A stretch of DNA of 64,000 nt from Eubacteriales bacterium (GTDB lineage Bacteria > Bacillota > Clostridia > Monoglobales > UMGS1388): the NCBI GenBank assembly GCA_029004515.1, contig JAQVYH010000001.1:830-64829 (forward strand), given 5' to 3'. Shown here piece after piece: positions 48,478 through 57,601 of this stretch. A model generated the notes under the pieces. That model saw only the letters and a program-made list of their open reading frames with translations. It was not told the origin of the DNA and made no database searches. The translations under genes and the position numbers were made by a program. Within the stretch, counting starts at the first letter, position 1, and each line of letters starts with the position of its first letter.

Positions 48478-50040
48478 ATGAGCAGGCACGCTGCAATTGA
48501 GCTAAAAAACATCACAAAGACCTTCGGACAGGTTGTCGCTAATAAAGATGTATCACTAAATGTTAACCCTGGGGAGATTCTATCTATACTTGGTGAAAAC
48601 GGAAGTGGTAAGACAACCCTTATGAATATGATATCAGGTATCTACTTCCCTGATAGTGGTGAGATTTACATTAACGGCGAGGAGGTTGTTATTGCTTCCC
48701 CTAAAGATGCTTTTGATCACAAAATAGGTATGATTCATCAACATTTTAAACTTGTTGATGTTTTTTCCGCTATTGAGAATATTGTTCTTGGTATTAAAGA
48801 CAAAAATGGCTTCAATATGAAAGACTATGCACAGAAGGTTAAGAAAATCAGCGAGCAGTATGGATTTGATATCGATCCACAAAAGAAGATATATGAAATG
48901 TCCGTATCAGAAAAGCAGACTGTTGAAATTATCAAGGTGCTTTTTCGTGGTGCAGACATTCTTATTCTTGATGAGCCTACCGCGGTACTGACGCCTCAGG
49001 AAACTAAAAAGCTTTTTGCAATCCTTCGTCGTATGCGTGACGACGGTAAGGCAATTATAATTATTACCCATAAGCTTCACGAGGTGCTTTCCCTCTCTGA
49101 CAGAGTAGCGGTTCTTAGAAAAGGGGAATACATAGGCACTGTGAATACAGCCGAAACAAGTGAAGTTCAGCTTACAGAAATGATGGTTGGCAAAAAAATC
49201 AGCCTTAATATACAAAGAACTGAGCCAAATGAACCAACAGAAAGACTAGTAGTTGAAAATATCAGTTGCCTTGATCGTGAGGGCGCCAAGCTACTTGATA
49301 ATGTTTCTTTTACAGCCAGAAGTGGTGAAATTCTCGGTATCGCGGGTATTGCAGGCAGCGGGCAGCGTGAGTTGCTTGAAGCTATTGCAGGGCTTCAGCG
49401 TCTTGAGGATGGTTGTATTTTATACAACAATCCCAAAACTGGTGAAACAGAAAATCTTCGTGATAAATCTCCGTTACAGATTAGAGAGATGGGTGTAAGA
49501 CTTGCCTTTGTGCCTGAGGATAGACTTGGTATGGGACTTGTGGGCAATATGGACATTGTAGATAATATGATGCTCCGTAGTTACCAGAAGGGTAAATCGG
49601 TTTTCCTCCAAAGAAAGGATCCAAAGAGCCTTGCTGAAGAGATTATTGATAGACTAGAAGTCAAGACTCCCGGCGCAACAACTCCTGTTCGTAGATTATC
49701 AGGTGGTAATGTTCAGAAAGTGTTGGTTGGTAGAGAAATTGCATCTTCACCTACTGTTCTTATGGCGGCATATCCTGTAAGAGGTCTGGATATCAACTCA
49801 TCTTACACAATATATAATCTTTTAAATGAGCAAAAAGAAAAAGGCGTTGCTGTCATCTTTGTAGGCGAAGACCTTGATGTACTCCTTGAACTTTGTGATA
49901 AAATCCTTGTCATCGGCGGCGGTAAGGTTGCAGATGTTATTGATGGAAGGACGGCTACAAAAGAAGAGATTGGTCTTTTGATGACAAAATCTACATATGA
50001 CGAAAATTCTGATGAGAATGGGGGTGCCTTAAATGAATAA
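48478..50040 (+). CDS. ABC transporter ATP-binding protein (duplicated ATPase, nucleoside/sugar type)
   Basis: Two ABC cassettes with Walker A GENGSGKTT and GIAGSGQRE, signatures VSEKQ and LSGGNVQK, and Walker B ILILDEPT. The track ORF starts 9 codons earlier. Confidence 0.9.
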   Translation: MSRHAAIELKNITKTFGQVVANKDVSLNVNPGEILSILGENGSGKTTLMNMISGIYFPDSGEIYINGEEVVIASPKDAFDHKIGMIHQHFKLVDVFSAIENIVLGIKDKNGFNMKDYAQKVKKISEQYGFDIDPQKKIYEMSVSEKQTVEIIKVLFRGADILILDEPTAVLTPQETKKLFAILRRMRDDGKAIIIITHKLHEVLSLSDRVAVLRKGEYIGTVNTAETSEVQLTEMMVGKKISLNIQRTEPNEPTERLVVENISCLDREGAKLLDNVSFTARSGEILGIAGIAGSGQRELLEAIAGLQRLEDGCILYNNPKTGETENLRDKSPLQIREMGVRLAFVPEDRLGMGLVGNMDIVDNMMLRSYQKGKSVFLQRKDPKSLAEEIIDRLEVKTPGATTPVRRLSGGNVQKVLVGREIASSPTVLMAAYPVRGLDINSSYTIYNLLNEQKEKGVAVIFVGEDLDVLLELCDKILVIGGGKVADVIDGRTATKEEIGLLMTKSTYDENSDENGGALNE

Positions 50041-51127
50041 GCTGTTTAGGGAACCAATGTTTCATATAGCTAAAAGGGATACCATTATTTGGTGGAAAGC
50101 TTGGCTTATCAGAGTTGTGGCAGTTGTGGTTGCTCTTGTTGTTTGCGGTTTTATTACACGTATCCTTACAGGGCTTAATCCAATTAAGGTTTATACCACT
50201 ATGATTGAGGGTGCAATCGGCACAGATCGTCGTATATGGAACCTTATGCAGAATGTAGCAATATTACTTTGTGTGTCATTGGCAGTTACTCCGGCATTTA
50301 AAATGCGTTTCTGGAACATAGGCGCAGAGGGACAGGTACTCGCTGGTGGTCTTGCTACTGCGACATGTATGATTTTCCTTGGTGATAAGTTACCATTTCC
50401 ACTGCTTATTATAGTAATGCTTGTTGCAAGTATAGGGGCAGGCGCTGTGTGGGCGTTTATTCCTGCTATATTTAAAGCAAAGTGGAAGGCTAATGAAACA
50501 CTTTTTACACTTATGATGAACTATATTGCAATTCAGCTTGTTGCATACTTTACCCTTGAATGGTCTGTACCAAAGGGTTCGGGTACACCTCGTACTCTTG
50601 AAATAGGACAGCTTCCGGTTTTGTTTGGACAGCAGTATCTGTTCAATATTCTAGTTGTTGCACTAATAACTATCGGTATGTATATCTATCTCAAGTATAG
50701 TAAACACGGTTATGAAATTGCTGTCGTTGGTGAAAGTGAAAATACAGCAAGATATATCGGTATCAATGTAAAGAAGGTTATTACTAGAACTATGATCTTG
50801 TCAGGTGCAATCTGTGGTGTAGCCGGCCTGCTCCTTGTTGCAGGAACTGACCACTCGCTTAAGGGTGATACAGCTGGCGGCAGAGGCTTTACAGCAATTA
50901 TGGTGTCCTGGCTTGCAAAGTTTGACCCTATATTTATGGTTTTTACATCTTTGCTAATTGTATTCCTTGAAAAAGGCGCATCAAAGATTTCGGAAGTATT
51001 CAGGCTTAATGCATCATTCTCGGATATTATTACAGGTATAATTATATTCTTTATTATTGGTTGTGAGTTTTTTATTAATTACGAAATTAGATGGTACAAC
51101 AAAAGTGGTGAGGAGGAGTCAAAATGA
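50033..51127 (+). CDS. ABC transporter permease (BMP-type nucleoside uptake)
   Basis: Multi-TM protein. It overlaps the ATPase stop by 8 nt. WNIGAEGQ motif. Confidence 0.88.
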   Translation: MNKLFREPMFHIAKRDTIIWWKAWLIRVVAVVVALVVCGFITRILTGLNPIKVYTTMIEGAIGTDRRIWNLMQNVAILLCVSLAVTPAFKMRFWNIGAEGQVLAGGLATATCMIFLGDKLPFPLLIIVMLVASIGAGAVWAFIPAIFKAKWKANETLFTLMMNYIAIQLVAYFTLEWSVPKGSGTPRTLEIGQLPVLFGQQYLFNILVVALITIGMYIYLKYSKHGYEIAVVGESENTARYIGINVKKVITRTMILSGAICGVAGLLLVAGTDHSLKGDTAGGRGFTAIMVSWLAKFDPIFMVFTSLLIVFLEKGASKISEVFRLNASFSDIITGIIIFFIIGCEFFINYEIRWYNKSGEEESK

Positions 51128-52107
51128 TTGGAATAATTATTCAGCGTGCCGTTATGCAAGGCATACCCCTTTTATTTGGCTCTGTTGGTGAAATCCTCAC
51201 AGAGAAATCAGGCAATCTTAACTTGGGTATTCCCGGAATTATGTATGTAGGGGCTATAAGCGGTGTTGCCGGTGCGTTTATGTATGAGTTGAGTCTCGGA
51301 GGAGCTGCGATTAATCCTGTTCTTGCAGTATTGATACCGTTGCTTTCATGCCTTTTGGGTGCCTTTATTATGGGGCTTATATACTGCTTCCTTACAGTAA
51401 CACTTCGTGCAAACCAAAATGTTACGGGTCTTGCACTTACAACCTTTGGTATTGGTATGGGCAACTTCTTTGGCGGTTCGCTTATTACTATAACCAAAAG
51501 TGATGTCCCATCAATTTCATTAAGCGCAACTAGTAAGGTCTTTAAAACTGCACTTCCGTTTGCAGACAACCTTGGTTGGTTTGGGGATGTTTTCCTTTCA
51601 TATGGGTTTCTTACCTATGTTGCAATCGTTGTAGCAATAATAGCATCATATATCTTGAATCGCACAAGAGTTGGTCTTCACTTAAGGGCTGTTGGTGAAA
51701 GCCCTGAAACAGCAGATGCTGCAGGTATCAATGTGACAAAGCATAAATATATGTTTACTTGTATCGGTAGTGCTATTGCCGGTCTTGGTGGTCTTTATTA
51801 TGTTATGGACTATGCAAATGGAGTATGGTCTAACAATGCCTTTGGTGACCGTGGCTGGCTTGCTATTGCTTTGGTTATTTTTGCTATGTGGAAACCATCC
51901 GTAAGTATTCTTGGCTCGATTCTTTTTGGCGGATTGTATGTAATACCAACATATATCCCCGGCATTTCAGTAAGCATAAAGAAGCTTTTTGAAATGCTTC
52001 CATATCTGGTTACAATTATTGTCCTTATTCTTACTAGCGTAAAGAATAAGAGAGAAAAGCAGGCTCCCGGATCTTTGGGCCTTGCTTATTTCCGAGAAGA
52101 CAGGTAA
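51124..52107 (+). CDS. ABC transporter permease (second subunit)
   Basis: Multi-TM protein with a 4-nt overlap on the previous permease gene. GNLNLGIPGIM motif. Confidence 0.88.
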   Translation: MIGIIIQRAVMQGIPLLFGSVGEILTEKSGNLNLGIPGIMYVGAISGVAGAFMYELSLGGAAINPVLAVLIPLLSCLLGAFIMGLIYCFLTVTLRANQNVTGLALTTFGIGMGNFFGGSLITITKSDVPSISLSATSKVFKTALPFADNLGWFGDVFLSYGFLTYVAIVVAIIASYILNRTRVGLHLRAVGESPETADAAGINVTKHKYMFTCIGSAIAGLGGLYYVMDYANGVWSNNAFGDRGWLAIALVIFAMWKPSVSILGSILFGGLYVIPTYIPGISVSIKKLFEMLPYLVTIIVLILTSVKNKREKQAPGSLGLAYFREDR

Positions 52108-52115
52108 ACTTATGC

Positions 52116-52140
52116 GGGGAGCGACAATTATCCCCTTTAT
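52116..52140 (+). terminator. Weak candidate terminator after the nucleoside ABC operon
   Basis: GGGGA-10 nt-TCCCC followed by TTTATT. The stem is short. Confidence 0.3.
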
Positions 52141-52556
52141 TACTTGAAAAAATCACATGAAAAACCAACTATCTACTTATGATAAATGATAAACATTAAC
52201 ATTAGATTAAAAAGTTCAATAAAAACACGGTACTTTTGTAAAAAAATCATATAATATGCAAAGAAAACAACATATATATAAAGTTTTAAGCATTTGTTTT
52301 TTGTGCATTTTGTTATATACTTATATCGTAGTGTGGAGTGTCGCACTCTGTTTTTATTATAGAGTATTGTGAAACACCGCAATTTATATAGAAATATCTC
52401 GAGTGGGCAAGGAAAAATCTCTCGAAAATTATCGTATTGCCTCATAAAAACGTAAGTTTAGATGCAATATGATTTCTTGGTTTGTGATTCTCAAACCGCA
52501 ATGTAACTTTTAGTGCGATGAGCACATCATATTTTTTAAAGAAAAGAGGAATAAGT

Positions 52557-53564
52557 GTGGGAAAGGTAGACACAAATGTAGCCAACGCTAAGGTGGCAAC
52601 AACCCCAAAAACTCAATCAAGATTCGTCAGAGAATTTCTGAAGAACTATCCATTGTTTATTATGGTTCTCCCCGGTGTACTTCTTGTAGCAACTTTTGCT
52701 TATGCACCTATGGTTGGCCTTATAATGGCATTTAAGAAATTCAATCTTTATGACGGCATGTTTGGCAGTCCATTCTGCGGACTGGACAACTTTAAGTTCC
52801 TGTTTCTTGACAGAGCAAGTTTGCTTATTAGAAACACCCTTGGATACAACCTTGTATTCATTATCTGCGGTATGATTCTTGCTTTAGCTCTTGCTATCGC
52901 TCTGAGTGAACTTAGAGGAACAAAGTGCAAGAAGATTTATCAGACAATCATTATCATGCCTCATTTCCTTTCAATCGTTATTGTAAGTTATCTTGTATAT
53001 GCATTCCTTAACCCGGTTGCCGGTACAGTAAATAACACAATTCTTCCTGCTCTTGGTATTCTTGCTAAGAATCCAGACGGTGGCAATACATATTCATGGG
53101 CAATGTGGTACAACATCCCTAAAATTTGGCCTTATGTTCTTATCTTCGTTAATTTCTGGAAGGGCGTTGGATACAGCAGTATCGTATATGTTGCATCTAT
53201 CGCAGGTATCGATCAGGAAATGTATGAAGCAGCTGTAATCGATGGTGCTTCAAAATGGCAGCAGATTACAGAAATCACAATTCCAATGCTTATTCCGCTT
53301 ATGATTATCCTTGGAACACTTAATGTAGGTAAAATCTTCAACGCGGACTTCGGTTTGTTCTATCAGGTTCCTCGTAACCAAGGTGCGCTGAAGTCTGTTA
53401 CAGAAGTTATTGATACTTATGTGTATCAGAAAAAGATCGAGGGAGCATCCAGCGTAGGTCCAGCTACTGCAGCAGGTTTGTTCCAGTCTATTTGTAGCTT
53501 TATATTAGTTCTTACAACAAATGCAATTGTACGTAAAGTTGACCCTGAAAGATCATTATTCTAA
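52557..53564 (+). CDS. Carbohydrate ABC transporter permease (LplB-like)
   Basis: AAGAGGA RBS lies 6 nt before the GTG at 52557; the track ORF opens at 52518. N-terminus RFVREFLKNYPLFIMVLPGVLL and an EAA-like loop EAAVIDGASKWQQITEITIP. Confidence 0.87.
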   Translation: MGKVDTNVANAKVATTPKTQSRFVREFLKNYPLFIMVLPGVLLVATFAYAPMVGLIMAFKKFNLYDGMFGSPFCGLDNFKFLFLDRASLLIRNTLGYNLVFIICGMILALALAIALSELRGTKCKKIYQTIIIMPHFLSIVIVSYLVYAFLNPVAGTVNNTILPALGILAKNPDGGNTYSWAMWYNIPKIWPYVLIFVNFWKGVGYSSIVYVASIAGIDQEMYEAAVIDGASKWQQITEITIPMLIPLMIILGTLNVGKIFNADFGLFYQVPRNQGALKSVTEVIDTYVYQKKIEGASSVGPATAAGLFQSICSFILVLTTNAIVRKVDPERSLF

Positions 53565-53578
53565 GGAGGTGGAAACAA

Positions 53579-54505
53579 ATGGCTAAAATTGAAAAAATAA
53601 TTAAAAGCAGAAAAATTGACAACGGTGTTTCCACACCGATTAATGTAATTTTACATATTCTGTTCCTGACACTTTGTTTTGTGTCAGTATATCCTGTACT
53701 TCTTGTACTTGGTGCTTCCTTCTCAGAAGGTAAAAGTATCGTAGAATATGGATATCAAGTAATCCCTAGAATTCCTAGTCTCGAAGCATATGCGCTTGTA
53801 TTTGCTAAGCCGATTACGATTTTCCGTGCTTACGGAATCACGCTTTTCAACACAGTTGTTGGTACTAGTTGTTCAGTACTTATTGTTGCTCTTTATGCAT
53901 ATCCTCTTTCAAGAGCAGACTTTAAGTACAGAATGATATTTACATTCTTTATTTTCTTCACAATGCTCTTTGGCGGTGGTATGGTTCCATGGTACATGGT
54001 TTGCGTATCTATCGGTCTTAGAGATAATATCTGGGCTATGATTGTTCCTTATTTCTTCAATGCTTGGAACTGTATTATTCTCAGAACATTCTTCCAGACT
54101 ACAATCCCGCCAGCTCTTGTCGAATCTGCAAAGATTGATGGTGCAGGTGAATGGAGAATATTCTTCCAGATTGTAATGCCTCTTTCACTTCCTGGTGTTG
54201 CAACAATTTCATTGTTTGTAACTCTTACATACTGGAATGACTGGTGGCTTCCAATCATGCTTATCGATAACGCTAACCTATTCAATCTACAGGCTTTGCT
54301 CCAAAGCATTCTTAAAAGTATAGATGCTCTAAAAAATGCAGCACAGCAGGGTTCGGCAGAAGCTGCGGCAGCTCTTGCAAATGTTCCTTCAGATACAGCT
54401 AATATGGCACTTTGTATGGTAGCTCTTGGACCAATTCTTGTTGTATACCCATTCTTCCAGAAGTACTTTATTTCTGGTCTTACAATCGGTGCTGTTAAGG
54501 GTTGA
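53579..54505 (+). CDS. Carbohydrate ABC transporter permease (LplC-like)
   Basis: GGAGGTGG RBS. Six TM segments. EAA loop ESAKIDGAGEWRIFFQIVMP. Confidence 0.87.
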   Translation: MAKIEKIIKSRKIDNGVSTPINVILHILFLTLCFVSVYPVLLVLGASFSEGKSIVEYGYQVIPRIPSLEAYALVFAKPITIFRAYGITLFNTVVGTSCSVLIVALYAYPLSRADFKYRMIFTFFIFFTMLFGGGMVPWYMVCVSIGLRDNIWAMIVPYFFNAWNCIILRTFFQTTIPPALVESAKIDGAGEWRIFFQIVMPLSLPGVATISLFVTLTYWNDWWLPIMLIDNANLFNLQALLQSILKSIDALKNAAQQGSAEAAAALANVPSDTANMALCMVALGPILVVYPFFQKYFISGLTIGAVKG

Positions 54506-54573
54506 TTAATCGAAAAAAATTATTTTGAAATATATCGGTTGATAACCGAAAAATTTTAAGGAGGAATAAGAAA

Positions 54574-56175
54574 ATGAAAACAACAAAAAGACTTATCTTA
54601 GCAGTTTTGTGTATTTCTCTTATAGCTTCTATGTTCGCAGGTTGCGGATCAAGAGCTAGCTATGTAGAAGAAGATCTTGGTGCAGTTCCAAAAGATACAT
54701 ATGAAATCAACTGGGTGCTCTACACTGCTGCTGAAGTACCAGACGCAAAGGCAGTAGAGAGAATCGAAGCAAAGGTTAATGAATATCTTAAGGATAAGAT
54801 TAACGCAACAGTTAATATGACTTACTTCAATGCAGGTCAGTATGCTGAAAAGATGAACGCTAAAATTTCTGCAAACGAATATTATGACATTTGTTTCGCA
54901 GCAAGCTGGATGCTTTCATACAAGGCAACAGCTAAGCTTGGTGCTTGGGTTGGCCTTGATGATGTAGTAGAAAGCACAGGCAAGTCAAGATTTGAAACAT
55001 ATATGCCAGGCATATACAAAGAAGTATCAAGTATTTATGAAAACCTTCGTGCTGACGACGGCAATGTATATGGTGTTCCTGTTCCAAAGGAATTCGCTGA
55101 AAACCGTGGTTGGGCATATAGAAAAGACATCGCTGACGAAATGGGTCTTAACCCTGAAAGCTGGGTACATAATTCAGACTACAGCCGTTATAAGTCATTT
55201 AAACTTATTAAGAACGATCTTCTTAAGGTAAAGGCTCAGTATCCTGAGTTTGTTAATCCAATTGACTGGGATGGCCAGAGAACACCTACTCAGTTCCTTG
55301 GTAATGCTGGTGGTGTTGCTTACCTTAGCATGTTTGAACATTTGTGGAGAGATAACGAAGACTACAAGGGCAAGATCGTAGATATGGTTACAACTCCAGA
55401 ATATCAGGAATGTCTTGAAATCGCGCGTGATTTCGTAAGCAGCGGCCTTATCAAGGGTGATGTTGCTACAGCTACAGACTTTGATGATAGAGTTAAGGCA
55501 GGCAAGACATTCGCATATGCTGAATTCTTAAAGCCAGGTAAGACAGCAGAACTTAAGTCTACATATAAATATGACTTTGGTCAGATAGATGTAACACCAA
55601 TTTCTCTTGGTGCTACAGCTGGTCCTGGTTCTATGATGACTATTTCAAGAAACTCAAAGAATCCTGTTAGATGTATGAGATTCCTTGAACTCTTTAACAC
55701 AGATGAATACCTTCATAACCTTATCATCTTCGGTGAAGAAGGCACAGACTACAAGGTAGTTGGTAAAGCTGATAATGGCGTTAAAGTCGTTGATGTTATA
55801 AAGAAGGGTGGATACACAAACTCAGGTAACCAGTGGGCTATGGGTAACGTATTTATCGACTATGTAACAACAACTGAAGATCCAGAAAAGGGCTCCAAGC
55901 TTAAGGAATACAATGCTAAGGGTATCCCAGCTCAGAACCTTGGTTTCTCTCCTGACCTCGAATCTCTTAAGACTTATACAGATGCTTTAAAGCAGATTCA
56001 GGGCGAATACAAATTACAGCTTGAACTTGGTACAACAAGTAAGGCTCAGAGCGAGAAGCTCATCGCTGAGATGCAGGAAAGAATGGAACAGAACAAGAAG
56101 CAGGAAGTTTGGGACGAACTTCAAAAGCAGTTTACAGAATTCTGTGATGCTAATCCACAGAACTTTGCTGAATAA
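54574..56175 (+). CDS. Large extracellular solute-binding lipoprotein (LplA-like)
   Basis: AAGGAGG RBS. Lipobox SMFAGCGS. The 533-aa length is typical of LplA-type binding proteins that partner LplB/LplC permeases. Confidence 0.87.
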   Translation: MKTTKRLILAVLCISLIASMFAGCGSRASYVEEDLGAVPKDTYEINWVLYTAAEVPDAKAVERIEAKVNEYLKDKINATVNMTYFNAGQYAEKMNAKISANEYYDICFAASWMLSYKATAKLGAWVGLDDVVESTGKSRFETYMPGIYKEVSSIYENLRADDGNVYGVPVPKEFAENRGWAYRKDIADEMGLNPESWVHNSDYSRYKSFKLIKNDLLKVKAQYPEFVNPIDWDGQRTPTQFLGNAGGVAYLSMFEHLWRDNEDYKGKIVDMVTTPEYQECLEIARDFVSSGLIKGDVATATDFDDRVKAGKTFAYAEFLKPGKTAELKSTYKYDFGQIDVTPISLGATAGPGSMMTISRNSKNPVRCMRFLELFNTDEYLHNLIIFGEEGTDYKVVGKADNGVKVVDVIKKGGYTNSGNQWAMGNVFIDYVTTTEDPEKGSKLKEYNAKGIPAQNLGFSPDLESLKTYTDALKQIQGEYKLQLELGTTSKAQSEKLIAEMQERMEQNKKQEVWDELQKQFTEFCDANPQNFAE

Positions 56176-56190
56176 TCCAAGAAAGTCATT

Positions 56191-56237
56191 GTCCTATAAG
56201 GGTTGGGCTAAGGTGCCCAACCCTTATAGGGACTTTT
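56191..56237 (+). terminator. Strong Rho-independent terminator after the LplABC-type operon
   Basis: GTCCTATAAGGGTTGGGC-TAAGGT-GCCCAACCCTTATAGGGAC forms a stem of about 17 bp, followed by TTTT. Confidence 0.9.
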
Positions 56238-56532
56238 GCTCTAATAAATTCCCACAGCAATTATAACAATATTTCGTATAAATCACTGCATATTTACCAT
56301 ATATCATATGCAAATATCAGAGCTGTCAGCAGCAATTTAATAAATCATTATAAACAAATCTTATGATTCAGATTGCATTCATAAAAATCTATTAATTTGA
56401 AAATTATTTATGACAAATCAAGTGTTATTGATTGGCATATTAATATATAAAGGAAACAATTAATAAAGGTTAAAATCACTATACAAAATACTATATTTAT
56501 ATAGATTATTATGCAATTAAGGAGAGGGTTAC

Positions 56533-57579
56533 ATGAAAAAGTTCGTAATTCCTGTGGCAGCATTGGCTGTAGTGCTGTCTATGATGACGGTAGCGATGGC
56601 AGATACCCTAACATTGATGCCGCCAACAGACTGTCAAAAGTACAAACCAAAAGCAGCAAGAACAACAACAGTTTATGCTGTAGAAACAAAGAATACTTAC
56701 ATGGCATGTAAAGTAGATGTCCCTGTTGATGAATTCGACGCGGCTTATCTCTTTATTAACCAGAGTTATGCTTTTCTTCCTGACAAGTTCGAAGTAGGTA
56801 ATTTGTCTAAGGGCGTAAAGATTGATAAGAAATATCTTATTGAAGGATATATCGTATTCAATATGAAGGATTATAGGTCAATTCTTGAGAAATCATCGCC
56901 TAACCGCCTTTGTATGGCAGTGCAGAAAACTGATGGAACAGTAGTTTTCAGTAATGTTGTTCTCATTGTTATCGACTCCGGTGATATGGCAATTGAGGCT
57001 ACACAGTCAGGCGATATGGTAGTATTTTCTTTAGAGGAGGGTTTCCTTCCTGCTGATCCAGCTTCAATTACATTGAAGGCAAATGGAAAAGATATGAAAT
57101 ATCACTACAATGACTATACCAATGAAATCACAGCGTTCATTATTCCTGACGGAGAAAGCACCGTATCAGTTGAACTTTCAGTAGCTGATCTTAAAGGCAC
57201 AATAAGTAAATCATCAGCAGTTTTTAATGTGTCTGATCTTGTGAAAGATGTTAAGGGTAATCTCACAAGAATTCAGCTAGCTCAGTATATTTACAGTCTT
57301 ATGAAGTATGAGCTTCCAGCAACACCATTCAAGTTTGCGGACCTTGACTACATCCCATATAGTGCAAGAAGCATGACAACCGCACTTAAGAATAATGGTG
57401 TTATGAATGAATATGACAGAAGCTTCAAGCCAAATGATATTGCGACATGTGGGATGCTCGCAAATGCACTTAAGGCGATTGTAGGCAGGGATATTTACAC
57501 ACCTGCTAATCCATCAGCGCCTATCTCGCTTGATGAGACCCTTCATGTTCTCACCGAAGCAATCGACGAAATTTATTAA
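56533..57579 (+). CDS. Secreted protein of unknown function with one C-terminal SLH-like segment
   Basis: AAGGAGAGGG RBS. Signal peptide MKKFVIPVAALAVVLSMMTVAMA. The C-terminal FADLDYIPYSARSMTTALKNNGVMNEYDRSFKPNDIATCGMLANAL resembles an SLH repeat. I do not recognise the N-terminal roughly 250 aa. Confidence 0.65.
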   Translation: MKKFVIPVAALAVVLSMMTVAMADTLTLMPPTDCQKYKPKAARTTTVYAVETKNTYMACKVDVPVDEFDAAYLFINQSYAFLPDKFEVGNLSKGVKIDKKYLIEGYIVFNMKDYRSILEKSSPNRLCMAVQKTDGTVVFSNVVLIVIDSGDMAIEATQSGDMVVFSLEEGFLPADPASITLKANGKDMKYHYNDYTNEITAFIIPDGESTVSVELSVADLKGTISKSSAVFNVSDLVKDVKGNLTRIQLAQYIYSLMKYELPATPFKFADLDYIPYSARSMTTALKNNGVMNEYDRSFKPNDIATCGMLANALKAIVGRDIYTPANPSAPISLDETLHVLTEAIDEIY

Positions 57580-57601
57580 TAGATGACAGGAGTGAAAACT
57601 T

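Noticed and set aside
52173-52445. 90-aa minus-strand ORF in the gap before the LplB-like permease gene.
   Set aside because: It is extremely AT-rich with a Tyr/Ile/Lys/Phe-biased composition typical of random AT-rich DNA. It has no RBS and no recognisable motif.
56511-56711. 66-aa ORF overlapping the start of the 56533-57579 gene.
   Set aside because: It is out of frame with a gene that has a strong RBS and a signal peptide, and it has no RBS of its own.
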